The notes under the pieces: generated by a model
The model's input: the letters and a program-made list of their open reading frames with translations, nothing else
What the model was told of the DNA's origin: nothing
Database searches by the model: none
IMG/VR virus record: IMGVR_UViG_3300050343_000163
DNA from: a virus
DNA length: 64,000 bases
Strand: one strand, 5' to 3'
Made by a program: the position numbers and the translations under genes
Shown here: positions 44,477-52,612 of the stretch, one piece after another
How the letters are laid out: every line of letters starts with the position of its first letter
How positions within the stretch are numbered: the stretch's first letter is position 1

Positions 44477-45528
44477 AGTGCGTTACCTCTAGGTAGAACT
44501 TCTTCTGGGAATACAAAGTTCTCATGTGGTTGGTCAGCAGGTGCCATCCAAGCACGGAGTCCTTCATTCAGGAGGATATTCTTGGTGTAGAAGGTCTCGA
44601 ATTCAGGATCCTCCGCTGCACGAATCTCTTGAGATACAAAGTCGTAAGCACGTAGATTAAGAGCGAGTCCAATAATACCGATAGAAGCAGTCCAGAGACC
44701 CATGACGGGCACGAAGAGCATAAAGAAATGCAACCAACGCTTGTTACTAAAAGCAATACCGAAGATCTGTGACCAGAAACGGTTCGCAGTAACCATCGAG
44801 TAAGTCTCCTCCTCTTGTGTAGAGTCGAAAGCTTTGAAAGTGTTTGCTTGATCCCCATCTTCATAGAGAGTATTCTCCACAGTTACGCCATGAATAGCAG
44901 ATAACAATGCTCCACCTAGGATACCTGCAACACCCATCATATGGAAAGGGTTGAGCGTCCAGTTATGGAAACCCTGTAGGAAGAGTAGGAATCTAAATAT
45001 CGCAGCAACACCAAACGACGGTGCAAAGAACCAACTGGACTGTCCGAGAGGATAGATGAGAAACACACTGACAAAAACAGCGACAGGCCCAGAGAACGCA
45101 ATAGCATTGTATGGTCTAATTCCTACGAGACGACTAATTTCAAACTGTCGAAGCATGAAACCAATGAGGGCGAAGCAACCGTGGAGAGCCACAAAAGCCC
45201 AGAGTCCCCCAAGTTGGACCCACCTGACGAAATCCCCCTGAGATTCAGGACCCCAAAGTAGCAGAAGAGAATGACCCATAGCGTCAGCAGGCGTCGAGAC
45301 AGCTGACGTAAGAAAATTAGCACCCTCAAGATAAGAAGTAGCAAGCCCGTGGGTGTACCAGCTCGTGACAAAAGTTGTGCCAGTAAGCCAACCGCCAATG
45401 GCAAGATAAGCAGTGGGAAGAAGAAGTAGTCCAGACCAACCAATAAAGACAAAGCGATCTCGTTTAAGCCAGTCATCAAGGACATCGAACCACCCCCTCT
45501 GTTGTTGTTGTAATGTAGCAGTCGTCAT
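44473..45528 (-). CDS. psbD: Photosystem II D2 protein
   Basis: [21 protein letters not shown]...[10 protein letters not shown]. Confidence 0.99.
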   Translation of the reverse strand: MTTATLQQQQRGWFDVLDDWLKRDRFVFIGWSGLLLLPTAYLAIGGWLTGTTFVTSWYTHGLATSYLEGANFLTSAVSTPADAMGHSLLLLWGPESQGDFVRWVQLGGLWAFVALHGCFALIGFMLRQFEISRLVGIRPYNAIAFSGPVAVFVSVFLIYPLGQSSWFFAPSFGVAAIFRFLLFLQGFHNWTLNPFHMMGVAGILGGALLSAIHGVTVENTLYEDGDQANTFKAFDSTQEEETYSMVTANRFWSQIFGIAFSNKRWLHFFMLFVPVMGLWTASIGIIGLALNLRAYDFVSQEIRAAEDPEFETFYTKNILLNEGLRAWMAPADQPHENFVFPEEVLPRGNAL

Positions 45529-45539
45529 TGTTATTTACC

Positions 45540-45761
45540 TTAGTTGTTAAGTTCCAAATAGAATTTTGTTTGATCACTGGGTGCATTTTCGTAGAATGAA
45601 ATGTCACCATAAGTTTTGTGGTCTTTGTAACCAACCATACGACCTTTGGTATTTTGGATAGCACCCATCATAGCTATGATGAGGAAGATCGTAGGAGGAC
45701 CGAGGATAAGAGCACCACCGATCACATAGTAAGTGAGCAATTCGATTAGATCAGTAGACAT
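45540..45761 (-). CDS. Membrane hypothetical, 73 aa, between psbA and psbD
   Basis: ORF track; single TM helix. Confidence 0.75.
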   Translation of the reverse strand: MSTDLIELLTYYVIGGALILGPPTIFLIIAMMGAIQNTKGRMVGYKDHKTYGDISFYENAPSDQTKFYLELNN

Positions 45762-45781
45762 AAAACTTTACAGTAATGAGC

Positions 45782-45811
45782 AAAAGAAAAGGGGTCTCGA
45801 AAGACCCCTTT
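45782..45811 (-). terminator. Intrinsic terminator after psbA
   Basis: AAAGGGGTCT-TTCG-AGACCCCTTT-TCTTTT. Confidence 0.9.
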
Positions 45812-45832
45812 ATCATACCACAGGTTGAGTGA

Positions 45833-46912
45833 TCAACCGATAGAAGGTGCGATGAGTGCAACAGGAGTTGACTCAGCAGCTGCTAGATCCAGTGGGAAGT
45901 TGTGAGCGTTACGCTCGTGCATAACTTCCATACCAAGACCTGCTCTGTTCAATACGTCCGCCCAAGTAGGGAGAACTCTACCATTTGCATCCAAGATGGA
46001 CTGGTTGAAGTTGAAACCGTTGAGGTTGAATGCCATGGTGCTAACACCAAGAGCAGTGAACCAGATTCCGACTACAGGCCATGCTGCTAGGAAGAAGTGG
46101 AGTGAACGTGAGTTGTTGAACGATGCATATTGGAAGATCAAACGACCGAAGTACCCGTGGGCAGCGACGATGTTATATGTTTCTTCTTCTTGACCGAACT
46201 TATAACCATAATTCTGGGACTCAGTTTCTGTTGTCTCTCTGACGAGACTAGAAGTAACCAAAGATCCGTGCATAGCAGAGAAAAGAGATCCACCGAATAC
46301 CCCAGCAACACCGAGCATGTGGAACGGGTGCATAAGAATATTGTGTTCTGCCTGGAAGACGAACATATAGTTAAAAGTACCAGAAATACCAAGAGGCATA
46401 GCATCAGAAAAACTCCCCTGACCGAAAGGATATACTAAGAATACTGCGAACGCTGCAGCGACTGGTGCAGAGTATGCAACACAGATCCATGGACGCATAC
46501 CTAAACGATATGAGAGTTCCCACTCACGACCCATGTAGCAAGTAATGCCAATGAGGAAGTGGAAGATTACCAATTGAAATGGACCACCGTTATACAACCA
46601 CTCATCGAGTGATGCAGCTTCCCAGATTGGGTAGAAGTGAAGACCAATTGCGTTGGAGGAGGGCACAACAGCACCAGAAATGATGTTGTTGCCATACATG
46701 AGTGAACCAGCTACGGGTTCACGGATCCCGTCAATATCGACAGGAGGTGCCGCTACGAAAGCGACGATAAAACAGATGGTTGCCGCCAACAGAGTTGGGA
46801 TCATCAGTACACCAAACCAACCAACATATAAACGGTTGCTGGTGGAGGTTACCCACTCGCAGAATAATTCCCACGAAGAGGTTGATTGTTGTTGCCTTGA
46901 AAGAGTTGACAT
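45833..46912 (-). CDS. psbA: Photosystem II D1 protein (Q130 form, no intron)
   Basis: [15 protein letters not shown]...[13 protein letters not shown]; GPFQL; [16 protein letters not shown]. Confidence 0.99.
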   Translation of the reverse strand: MSTLSRQQQSTSSWELFCEWVTSTSNRLYVGWFGVLMIPTLLAATICFIVAFVAAPPVDIDGIREPVAGSLMYGNNIISGAVVPSSNAIGLHFYPIWEAASLDEWLYNGGPFQLVIFHFLIGITCYMGREWELSYRLGMRPWICVAYSAPVAAAFAVFLVYPFGQGSFSDAMPLGISGTFNYMFVFQAEHNILMHPFHMLGVAGVFGGSLFSAMHGSLVTSSLVRETTETESQNYGYKFGQEEETYNIVAAHGYFGRLIFQYASFNNSRSLHFFLAAWPVVGIWFTALGVSTMAFNLNGFNFNQSILDANGRVLPTWADVLNRAGLGMEVMHERNAHNFPLDLAAAESTPVALIAPSIG

Positions 46913-46930
46913 TTGAAAAAGGGTAAGTAT

Positions 46931-47030
46931 TAGTGCAGGGAAACACTGATAATATATTCCTGTTGCACCCTCAGCAGCAGGTATGAAAGACTGTTGTTTA
47001 ATGACGCTGTTTAGTCTTGGTAAGGCGTCG
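46931..47030 (-). ncRNA. Structured psbA leader, PhotoRC-II-like
   Basis: GACGC..GCGTC stem, TTTCATACCTG..GAGGG..CAGGAATA core, AGTG-TTTCCCTG-CACT stem; family recalled, not searched. Confidence 0.65.
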
Positions 47031-47078
47031 TAAGTATCTATGTTAGGAAAGCAAGATGCTTCGTAACATTTGTTTACC

Positions 47079-47112
47079 TATTTATAGTAACACGGTTCGG
47101 GAAACCAGTCAA
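47079..47112 (-). promoter_or_regulatory. Composite psbA promoter (sigma70 plus T4 late)
   Basis: TTGACT-N17-TACTAT overlapping TATAAATA. Confidence 0.85.
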
Positions 47113-47243
47113 CCCCTAAAAGATGAGTATTTGTGCTTATTTCTGAGGGGGTGCTTAGGGACCTTGTGCTTTGGGTTTCTTTTAAAGTCTCGTTTGAGAT
47201 CCTTGAGAAACTTGAGATGCTTTTTAATTTCAGAACGATGCAT
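47109..47243 (-). CDS. Small very basic hypothetical, 44 aa (MHRSEIKKHLKFLKDLKRD...)
   Basis: Manual translation; stop codon lies in the psbA -35 element. Confidence 0.65.
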   Translation of the reverse strand: MHRSEIKKHLKFLKDLKRDFKRNPKHKVPKHPLRNKHKYSSFRG

Positions 47244-47400
47244 CTTCAGCACTGTACTCAGTATAGCATGGTTGTATCTCCCAGCGTGACCAATCTATTT
47301 GTTTTTCTGATAACATTTGTTCTAATTCGTCTATTGTTAAGTCGTGTTTGATAACTTCGTTCGTTCCTTTTTTGTATATGTGGAAAGTAATGGTCTTCAT
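47230..47400 (-). CDS. Hypothetical protein, 56 aa (MKTITFHIYKK...)
   Basis: Start coupled to the oxygenase stop. Confidence 0.7.
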   Translation of the reverse strand: MKTITFHIYKKGTNEVIKHDLTIDELEQMLSEKQIDWSRWEIQPCYTEYSAEDASF

Positions 47401-47954
47401 ATGAAGCAAGTCCAACCCGTTGCAATGTATTTCGTTTTGGTCTTACTAGTTATACCACGATGACAGTGTGTCCAATAAACTGGCCATATAACTAACCTGC
47501 CTTCAATACAATCTGTTGTTAGATCATAGCTAGTGAATAATGTTCCGCCATCTTCAACAGTGTTTAAGTAGAACATCCATGCCAAGACAGTAGTGTCTTC
47601 CTTTGTACTATGTTCACAATGGACATCTTTATATCCTTGCTTTGGATGATACCTTTGTATGTTGAAATCATTCTGTGGTGCCCATGGTGCTACCTTACAA
47701 CAATCCTTATGGGTCTTTACATATTTTTTAGTATTATCATAAAGACTATTGTGAATCATCTTTGTTATCTCATTCTCATATGAAAACAAAAGAAATATAT
47801 CTGTACTATCCTTTTTAGCTATGTCTACTTTAAAAGTATCAGCTGATCCAACAACGCCACGCTTTTTTTCATCGGATGATTCAAAGTAATCAATGATTCT
47901 TTTGCATTGATCAGAACTCAAAGCATTATCATATACCTCAATAAAATTTTTCAT
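47397..47954 (-). CDS. 2OG-Fe(II) oxygenase
   Basis: IQRY..HCEH...AWMFYLN..GGTLF...GRLVIWP..WTHCHRG..KYIATGW. Confidence 0.92.
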   Translation of the reverse strand: MKNFIEVYDNALSSDQCKRIIDYFESSDEKKRGVVGSADTFKVDIAKKDSTDIFLLFSYENEITKMIHNSLYDNTKKYVKTHKDCCKVAPWAPQNDFNIQRYHPKQGYKDVHCEHSTKEDTTVLAWMFYLNTVEDGGTLFTSYDLTTDCIEGRLVIWPVYWTHCHRGITSKTKTKYIATGWTCFI

Positions 47955-47979
47955 AAAAAAAGAGGGGGTGTTCCCCTCT
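47955..47979 (-). terminator. Intrinsic terminator after the hli operon
   Basis: AGAGGGG-AACAC-CCCCTCT-T6. Confidence 0.85.
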
Positions 47980-47989
47980 AATTATATCA

Positions 47990-48163
47990 CTAAGATGGTG
48001 ATGGTGCAAATACAGGAGTCATAAGTCCTCCATCACTACCGTCATCATCATCATCTTGGTTTGCTAAACGTAGGAATAATTCAATCGCAACTAAACATGC
48101 CATAGGGTAAAGACACCATAATATAGCTTTCCAATATGGATATGATTCTGTTACTAGTTCCAT
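47990..48163 (-). CDS. Small membrane protein with acidic tail, 57 aa
   Basis: Manual translation MELVTESYPYWKAILWCLYP...QDDDDDGSDGGLMTP. Confidence 0.75.
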   Translation of the reverse strand: MELVTESYPYWKAILWCLYPMACLVAIELFLRLANQDDDDDGSDGGLMTPVFAPSPS

Positions 48164-48252
48164 TAAATTATTGCCGTTGTAAGTGTACTAGTCCCCAGTG
48201 CCAACATAAAGATGTATGGCACTATCTTAAGGGGCACTGGGTGTCTATTCAT
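48163..48252 (-). CDS. Small membrane peptide, 29 aa (MNRHPVPLKIVPYIFMLALG...)
   Basis: Manual translation; TAATG couplings on both sides. Confidence 0.65.
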   Translation of the reverse strand: MNRHPVPLKIVPYIFMLALGTSTLTTAII

Positions 48253-48359
48253 TAGAAAATGCCAGGAATAATCTGACCAGTGGTTGCATATGCGCCAACT
48301 GCTGCTACGAAACCTAGCATTGCTGCCCAACCGTTAAACTTTTCTGCTTCTGGAGTCAT
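48252..48359 (-). CDS. hli: High-light inducible protein, 35 aa
   Basis: MTPEAEKFNGWAAMLGFVAAVGAYATTGQIIPGIF. Confidence 0.95.
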   Translation of the reverse strand: MTPEAEKFNGWAAMLGFVAAVGAYATTGQIIPGIF

Positions 48360-48407
48360 GATAGTGTACCTATTGTGTGTTAATTGTGTGTTGTTTTGTG
48401 TATTGAA

Positions 48408-48608
48408 TCAGAACCCTAGGATTCCGAAGAAAAAGAAGCTTCCTGATGTTACATAAGAAATAATGCCAGCAACAAACCCGATCATAGCTAGACGACCATT
48501 GAGTTTTTCAGCATTAGGACCATATCCATCATAGTTGTCAACATAGGACATGGAAGGTTCCTGTGCAAACATGTTAGTGCGTCCGCCGTCTTCAGTTGTT
48601 ACAGTCAT
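48408..48608 (-). CDS. hli: High-light inducible protein, 66 aa
   Basis: AEKLNGRLAMIGF chlorophyll-binding motif. Confidence 0.95.
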   Translation of the reverse strand: MTVTTEDGGRTNMFAQEPSMSYVDNYDGYGPNAEKLNGRLAMIGFVAGIISYVTSGSFFFFGILGF

Positions 48609-48635
48609 TTATCTTTTGTAAAGAAATACTACAAT

Positions 48636-48664
48636 ACTATATAGCAAACATTAAGGTTTGTCAA
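48636..48664 (-). promoter_or_regulatory. Sigma70 promoter of the hli operon
   Basis: TTGACA-N17-TATAGT. Confidence 0.85.
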
Positions 48665-48710
48665 GCCCCTATGAAAATTAATATTGCTTATTGCGAACAT
48701 AAGTTGGTTT

Positions 48711-48718
48711 GATAAATA
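48711..48718 (+). promoter_or_regulatory. Late-promoter variant GATAAATA for the plus-strand operon
   Basis: 1 mismatch to TATAAATA, ~27 nt before the first ATG. Confidence 0.6.
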
Positions 48719-48744
48719 AATATAGATCCAAAATTTTATACGTT

Positions 48745-49239
48745 ATGAAGAAATTACTTCCTATCGTGATGTTATTGATGACCGCCAGTGCTGCACAAGC
48801 AGGTGGACTTATTACTAAGCACGCTTCAAGTGTGCAACTTACAGTTGATGCCGCAAGATCAACAGCTTCAAGAATTGGTTCTTCATTTAGTATTAATGGT
48901 TCAAACATTGATACTACGGATGGTACTACAGCAGGCACAGTGTCTGCTGGCACTATTACTTCTGGAGTATATGCTCCTGGTACTATTGCTGCTACTCAAG
49001 ACACAGCAGGCGCTGCTTTCTCATTTAGTCAGTCATATACACAGGCTGATGCGGTCCCAACTGGTGCTCCTACAGTAGGTGAAGTTCCAAACTTCTCTAG
49101 TGTTGTTTCTTATAGTGCTGGATCAGCAGGATCATTAGCTGGAACTATCACTAGTGGAAATGTTATCGGAATTACAGCTGGTGGGGCTGGCACTACTGCT
49201 ACGGGACAATTTGTTTCTGAGATTACTGTCATTGACTAG
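48745..49239 (+). CDS. Secreted Gly/Ser/Thr-rich beta protein, 164 aa
   Basis: Signal peptide MKKLLPIVMLLMTASAAQA|GG; C-terminal GQFVSEITVID. Confidence 0.85.
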   Translation: MKKLLPIVMLLMTASAAQAGGLITKHASSVQLTVDAARSTASRIGSSFSINGSNIDTTDGTTAGTVSAGTITSGVYAPGTIAATQDTAGAAFSFSQSYTQADAVPTGAPTVGEVPNFSSVVSYSAGSAGSLAGTITSGNVIGITAGGAGTTATGQFVSEITVID

Positions 49240-49250
49240 GAGTATCAAAG

Positions 49251-49697
49251 ATGACCCTTTTTGGAAAGAGAATCACATATATTGTGATGTCTGTGGTGGG
49301 AGTAAGTCTTATTCCTGTAGGTGTATTGGCGGTCCCCGTGGTCCCAAATTTCAGCCAGGGAAGTATGACCAGTCATACGGAGACGACCAGTAAGGTAACC
49401 GAGACCATAAACAGCATGGACTATGCGACAGGATATCAATATTCTGTCACTGGATCAGGCGTAACTGCAAGTGGAAATCTGACACCAAGCACAGATTCCA
49501 ACAACGTAACTATTAATGGAGTGACATCATCATGGACTGGAGTAACCAGTACGCCAGCGTTTACACAAACAACACCAGGCGAAGCTTTTCAATTCTCAAA
49601 TACATACAACGGACCTGGCCTTCAAAATCATACGATTATAAACAGAGTAACAGAGGTTACAAGCGTAACCGACACAACAAGTATCTTCTCGCAATAA
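49251..49697 (+). CDS. Secreted Thr/Ser-rich protein, 148 aa
   Basis: Signal peptide ending GVLA|VPVVPNF; ends TSIFSQ. Confidence 0.85.
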   Translation: MTLFGKRITYIVMSVVGVSLIPVGVLAVPVVPNFSQGSMTSHTETTSKVTETINSMDYATGYQYSVTGSGVTASGNLTPSTDSNNVTINGVTSSWTGVTSTPAFTQTTPGEAFQFSNTYNGPGLQNHTIINRVTEVTSVTDTTSIFSQ

Positions 49698-50401
49698 AAA
49701 CACTATGTCTATCTGCCCTAACTGTAAGTGTAACTGCCCCTGTGAATGCAGAGACTGTAGGGGGTGTAAGTGCAACCGCATCCCCCGTAGCAAATAGCTC
49801 TGGCTCAGTTACCAATCAAGCTATTCAGGTTTTACAAGGACCATATATTACTAATACTTATGGTGCTGGTATTCAATGTCAAGGTGAAACTGTAAACTTT
49901 ACACCATTCATTACTGGTAGTGCATCAGCACAGAAACCATATCAAGATTTCTATGATACTCCAGTGTATGATATGAGAGATATGGATGAAGATGGAGCAC
50001 CTGATAATCCTGGTGACATATTATGGATGCAACCAACTAGAACTGGACAGAAAGATAATTACAACTTATCCGTTGGTATCAGTGCAACATGGTCTGTTCC
50101 AAGAGATAAAAAATTACAGCAGTTATGTAAAGAAGCAGCACAGTCTAACATTGCTTTGATGCAACAAGCTAATGCTAATAAAAGATTAGATTTTGAGATA
50201 GCTCGTCTTAAAAATTGTGGTGAGTTAATGAAATCTGGAATTCGATTCGCACCTAATACAAAATATGCAAGGATATGTGCAGACGTTCAAGTACAAGGTG
50301 TAAACTTTATGGTTCCACATGTACATAAGATTCCTAATGCGAAACCCAAAGTTAGCACTGATGCGTCAGTGTTAAGTCTTCCTATTTCTATTGGTGATTA
50401 G
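49532..50401 (+). CDS. Secreted Cys-containing protein; true start uncertain (ATG 49532 or ATA 49694)
   Basis: Signal-like KTLCLSALTVSVTAPVNA|ETVGG; four Cys in the mature part. Confidence 0.8.
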   Translation: MDWSNQYASVYTNNTRRSFSILKYIQRTWPSKSYDYKQSNRGYKRNRHNKYLLAIKTLCLSALTVSVTAPVNAETVGGVSATASPVANSSGSVTNQAIQVLQGPYITNTYGAGIQCQGETVNFTPFITGSASAQKPYQDFYDTPVYDMRDMDEDGAPDNPGDILWMQPTRTGQKDNYNLSVGISATWSVPRDKKLQQLCKEAAQSNIALMQQANANKRLDFEIARLKNCGELMKSGIRFAPNTKYARICADVQVQGVNFMVPHVHKIPNAKPKVSTDASVLSLPISIGD

Positions 50402-50555
50402 TACCCACAATCTTCTTCCACCTATAAAACATGGCTTGTAAATGCCATGACTGTGCCAAACTTTTTGCACCCTCTTCTAAACGTCGAAGATCTCTCGGGT
50501 CGTTGGTGTACTTTTTATAATCTTCTCGCCAATCAATTTCTTTGTAATTTGTCAC
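50388..50555 (-). CDS. Small hypothetical, 55 aa (GTG start; ...DWREDYKKY...SLAQSWHLQAM...)
   Basis: Manual translation; overlaps the convergent gene end by 14 nt. Confidence 0.65.
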   Translation of the reverse strand: MTNYKEIDWREDYKKYTNDPRDLRRLEEGAKSLAQSWHLQAMFYRWKKIVGTNHQ

Positions 50556-50567
50556 GTTCTTTTAAAA

Positions 50568-51335
50568 TTATTTTTTGGGTAGTTTGAAAGGAGGTAATCC
50601 TCTCTTCTCTCTATACTTATTAGTTTGAATTTCATTAGCAGATAGTTTAGGAGGTTCTTTTCCTAATAACTTCTTAACTTTTTTAATGATCTGTTTGACA
50701 ATTGGTTTAACAACTTTCAATAGGAAAGGAGTGGCAGTCGCAGCTGCAGTTGCTACGATAGCAATTGATGCTGTTGTTGTGACTTGGTTTGTAGATGGTA
50801 TTCCTTTAATAAATTGATCAACAACAGTAATCTCTTCTTTGATTGGTATACATTCTTTTCCAACCAATCTATACTCAATAATTTTTTTAGTACCACCATC
50901 GGTAAGAGTACCGATTGGTTCCTTTAATTTTTGTGCTTCTGTAGGACACTTCACTGAAGCAGTATTAGTATCCTTTGGTATTTCAGGTGAATCTACCTCT
51001 GGTGATTCTGGTGATCTCACAGGAGGTACTTCTGCTTCTCCTGTAAACTGCAGTTCATCTTTATTATAATCAATAGGATTATAAGATGGCATTCCAGCAT
51101 CACAATATGTCCTGACACCTTTTGGGTCAGCAGTCTCAAGCATATTGTTTTCATCTACATCATGTGCTTCTACACAACCAGGCATATCGACAATCGGTAT
51201 GCCTACCTCTGTAGTTACAGGAGGATAGATAGGGATTGCTTGAGGTGGATCTAACAAATAATCAGGAGTGAAAGGGATTTTGATAGTATCAATCTCCCCT
51301 CCTCTCAATATAATTTCAGGAATTTCCATCAACAA
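50568..51335 (-). CDS. Pro/acidic-rich protein with C-terminal membrane anchor, 255 aa
   Basis: Cys pairs; ASIAIVATAAATATPFLL followed by a basic tail. Confidence 0.8.
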   Translation of the reverse strand: MLMEIPEIILRGGEIDTIKIPFTPDYLLDPPQAIPIYPPVTTEVGIPIVDMPGCVEAHDVDENNMLETADPKGVRTYCDAGMPSYNPIDYNKDELQFTGEAEVPPVRSPESPEVDSPEIPKDTNTASVKCPTEAQKLKEPIGTLTDGGTKKIIEYRLVGKECIPIKEEITVVDQFIKGIPSTNQVTTTASIAIVATAAATATPFLLKVVKPIVKQIIKKVKKLLGKEPPKLSANEIQTNKYREKRGLPPFKLPKK

Positions 51336-51892
51336 TCATTAAATACACTACCAATTTGTGATCCTGCCTCAGATCCTGCTTTGTTACCTAGAAGTAACGC
51401 CCAACCACCAGCTAACCAACCCACATAGGGGATGCCAGAAAGGGCAGGAACAGCAACGCCAGCAGCAATAGCACTACCTGCCATTGCACCTTGACTCCGT
51501 GCGCCAGCGTCCGCCACGATGCACTCTACTTCTTTCGCAGACTTTCCCTGCTCATTAGTTGCACCTCCTAGGTTTCTAAACCCATCCATAGTGAATTGAT
51601 CACGACGATATTCTAGACGGTCTTCTATACCACCACCAAACAGTCCTTTCTTATTTTTTAAAAGATCTAGTGTTTGTTCAGATTCTAAGATAGCAGGATC
51701 GTTTGCTCTAAAATCAATTTGGTATCCATCTTTACCTGCTTTGATACTATAAGATGAATACTCCCCGTGAGGAATATTGATAGTAGGAACCTGTGGAGTA
51801 TTGGGTCTTCTGAATACATAACCTAACAATCCGATATGTGCTACTGCGAATAAACCTCCAACAGTAGCAGCAACAATCTTTAATTTAGTCAT
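51329..51892 (-). CDS. Membrane protein with C-terminal glycine zipper, 187 aa
   Basis: N-terminal TM; GAMAGSAIAAG...GWLAGG...GSEAGSQIG. Confidence 0.8.
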   Translation of the reverse strand: MTKLKIVAATVGGLFAVAHIGLLGYVFRRPNTPQVPTINIPHGEYSSYSIKAGKDGYQIDFRANDPAILESEQTLDLLKNKKGLFGGGIEDRLEYRRDQFTMDGFRNLGGATNEQGKSAKEVECIVADAGARSQGAMAGSAIAAGVAVPALSGIPYVGWLAGGWALLLGNKAGSEAGSQIGSVFNDC

Positions 51893-51894
51893 GA

Positions 51895-52143
51895 TCAGAA
51901 TGGCAATGCAGAACCACCAATGTCAGGAATAGCTCCACCAGTTTGACTAGGTAGTTCTGGCATAGAACCACCAACTAAACCAGGAAGTGAACCTGTAACT
52001 GCTTCAGTTACTGCCTTTGTAATTTTTCCTCTAGCATCTTCTACCAGTGTATCTTTATTCATATAAAGATATGTTCCACCACCCACAACTGTGAGTGATA
52101 CTACACCACTGAGAATAGCGATTGCGTTAATAATTTTTTGCAT
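51895..52143 (-). CDS. Single-TM hypothetical, 82 aa
   Basis: N-terminal TM, Pro/Gly tail. Confidence 0.8.
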   Translation of the reverse strand: MQKIINAIAILSGVVSLTVVGGGTYLYMNKDTLVEDARGKITKAVTEAVTGSLPGLVGGSMPELPSQTGGAIPDIGGSALPF

Positions 52144-52148
52144 AGTAA

Positions 52149-52580
52149 TTACATTTTGTAAGTGTCATCTTTATCCGAGGTCGTAATCTTAACAGGTGCT
52201 TGTTCGATTCTAATTGTTTGTGAAGGAGCAGTTTGTGCTGCCTTCTCAATCAGTCTCTCCATCTGTTCTTTAGTGATACCACCACCATTACCACCACCAC
52301 CATCTCCTGCTTTCTTTGCTGCTTGCACACCAAAAGTAGCTAAAACTCCAGTAAAGACCGAAGCTATGAAAGTTGGATCGAGTTTCTGCTCAGGAATTCC
52401 CAAGGCAGGAGGTAGTTTAATATACGCCAGAGTAAGAATTCCACCAGACCAAACAAGAATACCAAGACGGACAAAGGTAGAGAGAATTGCAAGTTGTTCT
52501 TCCTTATCGTCTGCTGCTTCTTTCAGTTTACCAAGAATACCTTTCTTTTTAGGTTCTTCTTTCTTTACTTCTTCTGACAT
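52149..52580 (-). CDS. Two-TM membrane protein, 143 aa
   Basis: FVRLGILVWSGGILTLAYI and FIASVFTGVLATFGV helices; start at MSEEVKK. Confidence 0.8.
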   Translation of the reverse strand: MSEEVKKEEPKKKGILGKLKEAADDKEEQLAILSTFVRLGILVWSGGILTLAYIKLPPALGIPEQKLDPTFIASVFTGVLATFGVQAAKKAGDGGGGNGGGITKEQMERLIEKAAQTAPSQTIRIEQAPVKITTSDKDDTYKM

Positions 52581-52604
52581 ATCTCCCACATAATACAACA
52601 GCTC

Positions 52605-52612
52605 TATTTATC
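52605..52612 (-). promoter_or_regulatory. Late-promoter variant GATAAATA for the minus-strand membrane operon
   Basis: Same variant as 48711-48718, ~25 nt before the ATG. Confidence 0.6.

Noticed and set aside
45833-46912. Intron or homing endonuclease in or next to psbA
   Set aside because: psbA and psbD are uninterrupted and the intervening 73-aa ORF is a membrane peptide
48616-48634. NtcA-like site at the hli promoter
   Set aside because: Spacing is GTA-N9-TAC, not N8; better explained as HLR1-like
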